64,000 bases of DNA. Origin: Eledone cirrhosa. Lineage: Eukaryota. This document shows positions 1 to 11,600 of the stretch, piece after piece. How positions within the stretch are numbered: position 1 is the stretch's first letter; every line of letters starts with the position of its first letter. The translations under genes and the position numbers were made by a program. The notes below the pieces were generated by a model. That model made no database searches and was not told the DNA's origin. It saw only the letters and a list, made by a program, of their open reading frames with translations. The stretch lies in the NCBI GenBank assembly GCA_964016885.1, contig OZ024740.1, forward strand, positions 144,770,001 through 144,834,000. The letters run 5' to 3'.

Positions 1-950
1 TTGAATTTTTTTTAATAGAAAATGCAGGAATCCCAAACATAAAATAACTGTAACAACAGCTGATTGCTGTAATTAATAGCTTAGAAAATCGGGTAATTAC
101 CTTCCTAGAAATGGAAAAAAAAAGTGGCGTTACAGATAATCAAACTCTGTATTCCTCAAATTCTGATCAAGTGCTTTACCATTAAGCTAAAGAACTGCTG
201 AATGGTAAGGCACTTTACTAGAATTCAATGGCTATAGAATTCGATTCTCTGTAACGGTGACTGGCCACTCTTTTTCTGTCTCTAGGCGTATTTTAGCCAA
301 TTTTCCAAGCTACTATTTATAGCAATTGACTGTTACATTTATTTTCTGCATATGGGATTCTTGCATTTTCTAAAATAAAATGATAAAGTTTACAATTTTC
401 ACATTGCAAACAAATTTATATATTACCTTGGTCATTATTAGTTTGTTTGCAGGTTTAATTACTTGTGGCTTGTTGTTGATAATTTTAATTTTTGTTTTTA
501 AGTGTTGTAAAATTATTTAAACTAATTAATATTAAATTGTAGCAAATTTTGTGAGATAGAAATACAATATATTTCATATTGATAAATACAATCCAAAACA
601 CCTTCCAATTTCATTTATGCTTTAAAAACACTTTATTAAGGAGGGAAATTATTTATAATGATCTGAATATTATCCCTCAATTATGAGGCAAAGAAACAGT
701 AATAGAAATCAGTTTCATAGAGGAAGGTTATCCCAGAGAAAAAGATGAGAAAAATCCTCTGAAGGAGAAGGGTCAAAACTTATCTAATCAAATTAATTTT
801 TTTTTAATGTTTGGAATATATTCCTTAAAAACCTATTATATTCCGTGTGGTCGAATAGAGCACAAAACTGAAATGTTTTAAAATGAAGGAGAAAGCAAAT
901 TTAGACTGTAGTTCAATGCAGATCAGCTTGCAGTCATCATCATCATTATT

Positions 951-1141
951 TTAACCCTTTCATTACCAAATTTCTTATGAAAGACATTGCATACGTTTCA
1001 ATTTTGAAAATAATCAAGAATTTGGAGGAATTTAATAAAATAACTACATTTTTCATTAGTAAACTGATATAAAATTATGATGAAGATTTTGAATCATAAA
1101 ACTAGGGTCAGTTTCAGCTGGGTTGATATCAAAAGGGTTAA
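951..1141. mobile_element. TTAA-flanked piggyBac-like MITE, family A
   Basis: TTAA-CCCTTT...AAAGGG-TTAA termini. Related copies near 2936, 12040, 15410, 16508, 28765-28926, 31535, 47251, 56360, 62001. Confidence 0.75.
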
Positions 1142-3950
1142 ATCCACTTTTTCTTTGCTGATGGGAATGTCTTGTCAGCTGTTGTAGTTTTTTTGGTCAT
1201 CTATCACACATGCAGAAACAACTAATTGTTTTATGTATGTTAAGTTTATTTGTGGTGGCGATAGGGTTATAATTTTTGTGGTTGGATCCCTTTTTTCACC
1301 AACCACTTTACAACATGGACCAGGTGCATTTCATTGTACCAGTAACATTGATAAAGTCCAAAAGATAACAATGATAATATTATCAATTAAGGGACAAAGT
1401 TTGATATGTTGCTGAAATAGAGGTCAGTATTTTAACTCTTGACCATATTTATATACTTATGTAAAGATTATTTTGTATAGAAGGTACCTAAATGGTTGTT
1501 AGTTTTTCTTTTAGTTAATTAATCAGTGAAAATCTCCTGAACATTTGATAATTTGTGAACATGTTTTAATTGAACAAGAAAATCAGCAATGTATTTTCAG
1601 ATCATTTTAGCCTCTCAGCTAGGAAATTCTTGTTATCTAGATAACAATTTGATTATACTCAGATTATACTCAGTGAGACTAGTTTTATATTTTAAATAAT
1701 AATTCCTCTTTCAATCTTTCTATCAAAGCAAAAAAACCATTTGTATATTTAGTGACATTTAACTTTGAATAGCTTTTATGAACTCTCTTCTTTTTTTTTA
1801 TCTCAACAAACACTGGGATGATATTTTGAAATCCTCAAAAATTCTGCTTATTGAAAACAACTCTGTCATGAATGACCAGAATAAAAACAAAACTTAATCA
1901 TTACGCACTGAAGTATAATTTGAGAATGAAGATTCGGTTTTCATTTCATGTAAAAAACTACCATCATTGTGTAAAGTGGTAATGCTGGTGCCATGAAGGA
2001 AAGCACCCAGTCCATCCTATAATGTGGTAGTGCTAGAGTCACAATGAAATGCTTCCAATACACACTGTTAAGAGGTTGGTGTTAGAAAGGGCATCCAAAA
2101 ACCAAGCCAAAAACTGAGTGTACAAGCAAGATCTAGTCACCTGACCAGTCTAACCTCAGTACGTGACAGTTCATCTAACTCATATGCTAGCATGCAAAAT
2201 AGTTGTTAAACTGTGATGATGTAGCAGTTTTCTTTACCCACAAGAATAAATATAACTTCTTTTTATGTCATCATTACTAAACCAGAAATTTAAAACTAAA
2301 TATCTGATACTGAATTTGTAAATAAAAAAAGACTGAAAAAAGACTTATTTAAATTACTGTTCTATAGGCCTCTGCTAGATATTGATCCAGTTCCTATTCC
2401 GATATTTACAAAATGGTCAGCATTACCATTGTCATTTTGTATTTTATATTGCCAAGTAAAAAAAATACAAATTATTTCAAAATATTCACTCAAACTAATC
2501 CGAAAGATGCATGGTTCAATTCCTCGCAGACACCTCTGTCCACCTTTTTCTGTCTCCAGGGTTACTTTACTAGATTTTTTATTTATAGTGATCACACACA
2601 CACATATATATACAATCATTTTTTTCCCCCTTTATACAAATTTCCATAATGATCTGTCCACTATTAAAGATACTATAAACATGAATTTAAAAAAAAAAAA
2701 AATTTTACAGGATGTTAAGAGTTAATTTAAACAGAGGGGGGGGGGGAGGCATTTCACAAGGTGAAAGAGAAACAAGAAATAATTTTGAATATATCTTAGC
2801 TTGCAACTCAAGTTTTTGACTGAAAAATAGTTGAACAAGTTGGGCATGTAAGACCCTAGAGACTGGAGAAATTGACTGCATCACCTGTAGGACAAAAAAA
2901 AAATGTTTACAATGATGTAGAATTAGCAGTAGTTTATCCCTTTTGTTACCACAGCTCTAATAAAAGACTGCTTATGATCTTCAAATGATCAACAATTAGG
3001 AAGAATTTATTAATAACTTTCTCATTTTTAAGCTGGTGTTTGGAGTATAACTTAGTTTCTTACATAAAATTTTGATGGGAGGTTTTAGATAAACAGTTTT
3101 GTATTATAAAATGAGAGAGTTTTTGGTGGTTTAGTATCAAACGGTTTAAGATTATATTTGGTGTCAATCGTCTCAAATCTCATAATTTCTAATATTTTTG
3201 TTTGTTAGGGAACTTTTTTAGTTCATATCAAAAGCACGCATTTTTTTTCTTCTTTTGGCCAGTATAGTTCAGTACTATTTCCCCATGTGAGTTAAACTGA
3301 GACTTCATAGGAAATAAGGCAAATACTGTTAGCTGAAACAATATTACTTTCACAAGTTATTGATTATATTGTAATTACAATTACAAATCTTTCCTTCGTG
3401 TCAGAGTTAGCAATGTGTTCGTAGAAATAACCTTAGTTTGTGTTGCTAGACATATCATTGATATTTCTATTTCATTGCTCCAGAAATAGCTTAAAGGCTA
3501 TATATATATATGTATAGAATGGGCATTAAATGATTATATATATATGTATATAATGGGCGTTAAATGATTATATATATATACATATATATATGAAAATAGA
3601 ATTAGCTTTCACTGCAGATTGGCTGCAGAAAGATAGTTTAATTTTGGGACATATGAAACCCCAAAATGGAAAGAAATGTGCACTCGACTGGTCTGTGGTC
3701 ATACTGGGGCAACAGCTGAAAGAGTGTGTGTGTGTGTATATATTTATATAATCTCTCGACAAAAAAGCACCCAGCACTCACTGTAAATGAGGTTGGTGTT
3801 AAGAAGGGCATCCAGCTGTAGAAATCAAGCCAAACTCACTTCCTGTATGAGTAACACATGGTCACCCGACCTGGCATTGCCCACAACAGGACAACCCGTC
3901 TAACCCATACTAGCGTGGAAGAATGTATGTATGTGTGTATATATATATAT

Positions 3951-5495
3951 CATCATCGTTTAACGTCTATCTTCCACGCTAGCATGGGTTTAGACGGGAA
4001 TTGTCCCACTTGAGGCAAGATTGGTCGTCTTGCTCGTATAGGACTGTCTGGCAGGTTTTCTACGGCTGGATGACCTTCCTAACACCAACCATGTTTACAG
4101 TGTGGACTGGAAGGTTTTAATCGTGTTATCTACACGGCCACATTACAGCGTGGACTGTGTTTTTTTCGTTGTGACACCTACACGACCTCATTTATTTAGG
4201 ACTGGATGTTGTGGTACCAGCATAAACTTTACAGAGAAAGAGGTGGTGTTGATGGGGTAGTGGGAGGGGTGTGTATATTTGATTAAGAGGTGCCTACTGA
4301 CTGTAGGTTTCGCTTTGTACTTAGGCAAGGCGGGTTTTCTGTATTACTGCGTAGCGTCAAAGATCTCGGTCCAGTGACATTGTCTTAGAGAGGTGTAAGT
4401 ATGTAAGGTCAGAATTTATCAAATCGTCCCAGGTTTTTCTGGGTCTGCCTACTCCGTAACTTCCATCAATTTTGATCGCCCTGCACTTTTTTATTCAGCT
4501 GTCCTCTTTCATGTGCATCACGTGACCATACCAACGTAGTGTTCTCTCGAGTAAACAACATCATTTATTCCTAATTTCTCACTTAGTTCATTTATGCTTT
4601 GCTGTTCACGTATATTACTATTACACATCCAGCGGAGCATGCATGCTTCGTTCCTCTCCAGTCTGCGCAGATCCTCTGCACACAATGCTCATGTCTCACT
4701 ACCATGTAACATAGCTGTTCGTATGCAAGCATACTGTACTTTCTGAGCACCCTCCACCACTGCTGATTTTGTCACCCAGGTAACGGAAGGTGTCCACTAT
4801 TTCTATAGAACCATCTGTGCAATGGAATGAGCTAGTATTCTGTGGGCACTTGCTGCTACTTATTGCACCAGAGCACCGGCCACATATAAAATCTATATTC
4901 TTAGTTAGCTTACCTGTGATCCCACTACATCTTTTATGCACCCATACTTTGCATTTGGGACATAAAATGGAGTTTCTGCCTACTCCTTTCCTACACACTG
5001 AGCATGGCCATTTCCCAGATGGGACCGGTGCCCTATTTTCCTTCCTACAAACTAGAACTTTAGTCTTAGACAGGTTAATTTTAAGGTCTTTTGATTCTAG
5101 GCCATGCTTCCATGTTTGGAATTTCTTCTCTAGTTCAGCTATGAGCGTTAGATCATCTGCGTATAGGAGTTCCCATGGGCAGCCGGTCTTGAACTCCTCT
5201 GTTTTAGCCTGAAGGGCAATAATAAGTAGGAGGGGGCTAAGGACAGAGCCCTGATGAACACCAAATTTTACGCTAAACTCTTCACTATATTCGTTGTTAA
5301 TTCTAACCTTGCTGACTGTTTCTTTATACATGGCTTGTATAGCTCTCACAAGCCATTCATCAACACCTAGTTTTCTAAGAGTCCACCAGATAATGGAGCG
5401 GGGGGGACTCTGTCAAAGGCTTTCTCCAAGTCAACAAAAGCTAAGTATAGGGGTTTACTTTTAGCTAGGTACTTCTCCTGTAGTTGTCGTACAAT
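3951..5495 (-). mobile_element. 5'-truncated RTE-type LINE (RT, internal PHD finger, 3' UTR, (GAT)n tail)
   Basis: ORFs 5367-5561 and 4699-5349 give AFVDLEKAFDRVP, GVHQGSVLSPLL, LLYADDL and FRYLG. Frameshifted downstream; tail reads catcatc at 3951. Confidence 0.93.
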
Positions 5496-6055
5496 ATATA
5501 TATAAAAAGACCTGAGGCCATAATCAGTTGATTCAGGTTTATTTAAAACTCCATTATGCATATTTCACTGGGGACTATCAGTTATGATAGCCTGAGCTCT
5601 TCAGACAGCAAAACCTATAAAAATTTGAAAATATTGAAAGTTCATAAAAAATCTTTAAAATTAAAAAAAATCCCAAAAAATGTTCTTTTCTTGATAGAGG
5701 AGGATGGCTGAACGTGTGTTGTTGTTTCTTTGACGGCTAACCCTTGTATGACCCTAAGAATTTTGGCGGAACGGTGGTCAGTTCCTGTCTCATGTCACTA
5801 TTGCCGGTTGTTTAGTGTAGCAAGTCATCATTGCAGTAACAATATCAGCTAGTAGCCCGTTCCAGATATTTTTCATTTTGATGGAAGAAAAAAATGATTG
5901 GGTGTGTAATTAACATAAATACTTATGCTGTTTTGTGACAAGTGATTCTGAAAATAAAATCACAATAATAATGAGATACTAATAATACTTGAAATATTAA
6001 CATATAATCTTGCATTATAAGAATTAAGATATTGCTCTGTGGTTCCATTTGATTC

Positions 6056-6920
6056 ATCATCATCATCATTTTACGTCTGCTTTTCCCTGCATGCAAGGGT
6101 TGGACGGGTCCTATTCAGCACAGCATCTCTCCACTTGTCACGGTCCTTCGTCATCTCCTCCGTGAGTTTCAGCAATCTGAGGTCTGCTCTCACCACTTCC
6201 GCTCATGTTTTTCGTGGTCTACCTCTACTGCGTCTTCCTTCTACAGGGATTTTTTGGCACTTCTTTACCCAGCGGTAATCCTCAATGCGCATCACATGTC
6301 CATACTATCTTAGTCTTCTCTCCTGCACACCACAACTTATCCCTCTTATACCCAGTTTCTTTCTCAACTCGTCTATGCTTGGTTGTTCACTCACATTGAC
6401 ATCCAACGGAGCATACTTGCTTCATTTCTCTCTAGCTGTCGCATATCTTCTGCAGTTGCTGCCCATGTCTCACTACCATGCAGCATCGCGCATCTCACAC
6501 AGGCATCATATAACCATCCTTCCGTACACAGGGAGAAGCTCTTCTTTGTCAACAGAGGAAGCAGCTCCTTAAACTTCTTCCAACCTGTCCTTATTCTAGA
6601 TACTATGGCCTGGGAACACCCCCTCTCCCATGCTTATCTGATCACCTAGGTACCGGAAGCTATCAACCACTTCTATAGAACCCACCGGCATAGGATACAT
6701 GTGTCTATCACTCCGATTACTACTGCCAACTTTCCCTGTACATCTACTGCATACATAGTTTTTCCTACCTGTTAGTTTGCCTGCTATCCCACTACATCTC
6801 TTGTGTACCCAAGATCTGCATTGCGTACATTTTATGGAATTTATGTCAGTTCCTTTCCTACATATCAAACATGGCCATTTCCTCGATGGAATCAGAGTAT
6901 TGTCCTCTCTTCTGCTTATG
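6056..6920 (-). mobile_element. RTE-type LINE fragment, different subfamily with a short 3' UTR
   Basis: ICRKGTDINSIKCTQCRSWVHKRCSG...VCSRC...VVDSFRYLGDQI; (CAT)n tail at 6056-6070. Confidence 0.88.
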
Positions 6921-7981
6921 GAAATTTAAAGCAACCATCAGATGAAGATATTGTTACAAGCAGCCTTGCTAAATATTGTTAATTTCAGTCTCTAACTGCT
7001 ATTGAGAAAAGTGCATTAGAGATTTCTGGGGTTTCTAGCCATGTTCCACAAAGTTTCATTGAACATTCTTTTGATTTTGGATTAGGCAATTACCTACACT
7101 CATTTTCTGGAAGCTGCTCAAAGAAATACAAATGTTTACCAGTGATGTTCTCTTCATCTAACTGCTCTAAATAGAGCCCAGTAATCAAAGCAATAAGCAT
7201 ACAACTGCCATCAGAATGAATAAATCAACCTATAGATAAAATACTCTATTTATTTAGCAAAAAAGCAAGATCTGACTTTGCCAGAATTGCAAAAAAAGTT
7301 GACATTTTTCATAATCATGTTGATCAAAAAGAATCTCAATGTATGCTTCTACATTCCTCACTATGAGGACACATTAAGGTAATGGATTTGAAAAAGCTAC
7401 TACCAGTGTATATTTGACTAACATAGATTTAGATAGTGTTGCCATTTACAAAGCTGAAGGATGTTTACATGAATTCCTCATTCCTAACATCTTGCCAGTG
7501 TCTTTGAATTGGCCTGGCAACTCAATCTAAACAGACTTTCTTCATCTTTCTGTATTTCAGACATCTTAATATGTGCGTGTGTGTATTTTGTCTGAAAATG
7601 TTTCATCTAACTTGTGTTTCTTTGTAACTCTGAGACATAATTTTCTTAAACAAAGCTCAGAGGACCATGAAAATAAATCTTGTTGCTTAGCTTGTATGTA
7701 TGAAATACAAGGAGAGCCTTGTATTTCCCTACTGATTTGAAACCAGTTGCTACTAAATTTCATTGCTTTCTTTTGTATGCTTCTTCTCTCATTGAAAATA
7801 TCTTATATGTAGTATCTCAGCTTAGTACATATCTAATTTACATGAATGGTTATGTTCTCATTCAGTTAATTTTACTCTTATTCTTCCAAATAACTTTGCT
7901 TTTATTTAGTTTCTTCTATCTTACTCATTTATGGACAACAATATTGTGGACTTAGTTAAAACACCAGCTAAACTAAATGCA

Positions 7982-8372
7982 TCACCACCACCATCATATA
8001 ATGTCTATTTTCCTTTCTTGCATGGGTTAAATGAGTTGTCATGTTATGAAGCCAGACAGGTCAGGTGACCACATTTTGCTCAGGTGCTTCATTTATAGCT
8101 TAGTTTTCTAAGACTGGATGCCCTTCCTAATACCAACTACCTTACATTGTGTACTGAGAGCCTTTTTCATGTCACCAGCACTACCACCTTACGGAGTGGA
8201 TTGGGTGCTTTTTGTTATGACACCAGTGAGACTACATTACAGGGTGAACTGGGTGCTTTTTGTTGTGGCATGAATAAAGCCATTTTACAAGGTTGATAGG
8301 ATGCTTTTTCCATGGCACCAGCACTACCACCTTTCAAAGCAGTCTGGGTGTTTTTTGTCATGCACCAGTATG
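7982..8372 (-). mobile_element. SINE or RTE 3'-tail element with about 5 degenerate ~48-bp internal subrepeats
   Basis: Core ggatgcccttcctaataccaac, shared with many other copies, followed by repeated (ctaccacctt acagagtgga ctgggtgctttt...gcaccagca)-like units. Confidence 0.7.
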
Positions 8373-9579
8373 ATTATTTTATATTATGCATGATGTAATT
8401 TTGTTCTCATTTCTGAATTCGACTTCTGGTAGGATTCGAAATCAGAATGATATTGCTCTTACCTTACTAGAAATCAATAAAATAGTACTATAATGGTTTA
8501 AGTTCAGGCAGGTATATTCTTCCTTTATAAGATTGGCTTTGTAATTAAAGAAGTCAATATTGGTCTGTAAGTTTAAACATTTTTTTTTATTGCCTTGTCA
8601 GGAAGAAAGACACTACTTGTGACATTTTTCAGGTCTTTAGAAACTAGAGCAGAAAACTGACTTGGATGCTTGCAACAGAGTGGGTTTTGCTAAAGTCACT
8701 TACTTAAATAGGTCATTTGAATTTAGAATCTAAAGAGTTGGAACAACAACTGCAAGGCATTCCTACCAGTCCACTGCTTTGAACTGGGACTTCATTTATT
8801 GACCAGAGGAAGGATTAAATGCAAAGTTAACCTCAGTGAAATTAGAACTGCAAATTCAAATTGCCAGAATAAATACCAGGCGTTTCATCCAGTGCTTGAA
8901 CATTTCTGCCAGTTCAGCACCTAATAAAAGTAATGTTATCCTTGTGTTGTTTTTAAGCTCTAAGTCAACTTTGTTGTTCGGCAGACTGTGATTAGCATGG
9001 ATACCTTTTTTTTTGTGTGTTTTTTTTTTGTAGAATGTAGGACCAGATTATCTAATTTGTCATTTCCATATTTAAGATAGGGTGATTTGAGGGAGATTTT
9101 GACACTTTTCCAACAGGTCGAATGACCATGTAGAGGTTCCTTCTGCTATATTCATTCTTATGTGTAATCTATTTGTGGAATTATACGACTGTTTCACTGT
9201 ATGCTTTCAACATCACAATGCTGTTTTACAAAGGTTCCTTTTTCATGTTTAGCCAAAATAAATAAATATATATATATTTTAATCAAACAGGCTAATTTTG
9301 CATAGTGGTTTATTATCCATATTTTCTTATACTATCCCATTCAACATGTCTCCTTTTAGATATTTTTATGAATATTGTTTAAGAAGGCAAAAGCTTATAT
9401 AATGAAATTATATTTAGATTTATATTATTAGTGCATGGAAATAAAAAGAAATAAAACAAAGAACATTACACTTTAAATTTTAACAGTACAATATGAAACT
9501 GCATTAGCAAGACATTTTTTGAAAAGTATAGACCAGCACTATGACTGCATCACATTAAAAATTAAAGTCTTTAATACTG

Positions 9580-10718
9580 GTCCCATCTGGGAAATGGCCA
9601 TGCTCAGTGTGTAGGAAAGGAGTAGGCAGAAACTCCATTTTATGTCCCAAATGCAAAGTATGGGTGCATAAAAGATGTAGTGGGATCACAGGTAAGCTAA
9701 CTAAGAATATAGATTTTATATGTGGCCGGTGCTCAGGTGCAATAAGTAACAGTAAGTGCCCACAATACTAGCTCATTCCATTGCACAGATGGTTCTATAG
9801 AAATAGTGAACACCTTCCGTTACCTGGGTGACAAAATCAGCAGTGGTGGAGGGTGTTCTGAAAGTACAGTAGCTAGAGTCAGAACGGGATGGAAAAAGTT
9901 CAGAGAGCTTATACCACTATTGGCCGCTAAAGGTTTCTCTCTAAAAATGAAAGACATGTATGATGCCTGCATGAGAACAGCAATGTTACATGGCAGTGAG
10001 ACTTGGGCATTGTGTGCAGAGGATATACGCAGACTGGAGAGGAACGAAGCTTGCATGCTCCGTTGGATGTGTAATAGTAATATACGTGAATGGCAAAGCA
10101 TAAATGAACTAAGGGAGAAATTAGGAATAAGAGGGATCAGATGTTGTTTACTCGAGAGAAGACTACATTGGTATGGTCACGTGATGCGCATGAAAGACGA
10201 CAGCTGTATAAAAAAAGTGCAGGGCGATAAAAATAGACGGTAGCCACGGAGTAGGCAGACCCAGAAAAACCTGGGACGACTTGATAAATTCCGACCTCAC
10301 ACACTTACACCTCTCCAAGACAGTGTCACTGGACCGAGATCTTTGGCGCTACACAGTAATACAGAAGACTCACCTTGCCTAAGTACAAAGCGAAACTTAC
10401 AGTAGGCACCTCTTAACAAAAATACACCCCCGTCCCACTACCCCCACTCCATCCACACCACCCCTTTCGATGTAAAGCTATGTTGGTACCACAACATCCA
10501 GTCCGAAATAAATGAGGTTGTGTAGGTGTCACGACAAAAAACACACAGTCCACGCTGTAATGTGGCCATATAGGTAACACGGTAAAAATCTCCCAGTCCA
10601 CACTGTAAACGTGGTTGGTGTTAGGAAGGGCATCCAGCCATAGAAAACCCACCAGACAGTCCTATACGTCCAAACCCATGCAAGCGTGGAAGATGGACTT
10701 TAAACGATGATGATGATG
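9580..10718 (+). mobile_element. 5'-truncated RTE-type LINE, inverted relative to the 3951-5495 copy and inserted into a family C MITE
   Basis: Closely matches the reverse complement of about 3951-5025. ORF 9806-10243; (GAT)n tail; actg on both sides (9576-9579, 10719-10722). Confidence 0.93.
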
Positions 10719-11442
10719 ACTGCAAATTTTCTCAATGATCTGTCCACTAGTAGAAAAAGTATAAACAAACATGTTTTTATATATTTTCTGCTAAATCATT
10801 ACAGGATGTTATTGGTTAATTAAAATCATGACTGCTCTAAACACCCAGCACCCTACATAGCTCTCCCATGACACTTGTTGATTCCTTATGAGCTTACAAC
10901 ACACTTTAAGGGGTGCCAGAAAGGACCACTATCAGTTTCTCAATGGAACAGCCTGCTCATCAAATTAATATGTAAGTTGCTGAGCATTCCACAGACCTTT
11001 AATGTTATGCTCAGGGAGATTCAGTGTGACACAATGTGTGATAAGGCTAACTCATTGAATTACAGCTGCAATCCATCCGATGGGCTTCCAAATAGTTTCC
11101 ATCTACATAGTTTCACTCTAGAATATGAGTTGACTCAACTCTATGGTAAATAATACATGTTCAAGATGCTCTGCAGTATGATCAAACCTGGGGCCTAATG
11201 ATTGTGAAGTGAAACTCTGAACCATTCAACCATGTTGCAGCTATAGGCATGGATTAACCTGAGGCTATGGTCAATGACATGCTCAAGATGCCATGCAGTA
11301 GGATTGAATCTGGGGCCTAAGGATTGCAAAGATATCCTCTTAACCATTAGACCATGCTGTGTTCACAAAGTGGGTGTCACTCCTCAAGTTAAGAACCACT
11401 GATGAGTGTCTTTCTGACATACTACCATTAATTTTTCTAAGC

Positions 11443-11600
11443 GTGGTGGATTGGCAGTATCGGTAGAGGGTCGGACGCCATGCTTTGCAGCATAGAGTTA
11501 CGCCCCTTTATGATCTGAGTTCAAATCCTGCCAAGGTTAACTTTGCCTTTCATCCTTATGGGGTCGATAAAAATAAAGTACCAGTAATGCACTGGGTAAT
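11443..11600 (+). mobile_element. tRNA-derived SINE
   Basis: A-box-like tggcagtatcgg and B-box gagttcaaatcc, followed by tttgcctttcatcc...ggggtcgataaa. Relatives at about 22135 (-), 32115 (+), 49370 (-), 63890 (+). Confidence 0.75.

Noticed and set aside
3497-3580. About 34-bp tandem duplication (also about 24911-24972 and 58812-58857)
   Set aside because: Ordinary slippage duplications in AT-rich or microsatellite context.
8130-8372. CRISPR-like repeat array
   Set aside because: Degenerate contiguous units with no unique spacers, inside a eukaryotic retroelement; no cas genes.
11443-11535. tRNA gene
   Set aside because: A and B boxes are present, but there is no proper cloverleaf and it continues into a SINE body found in several copies.
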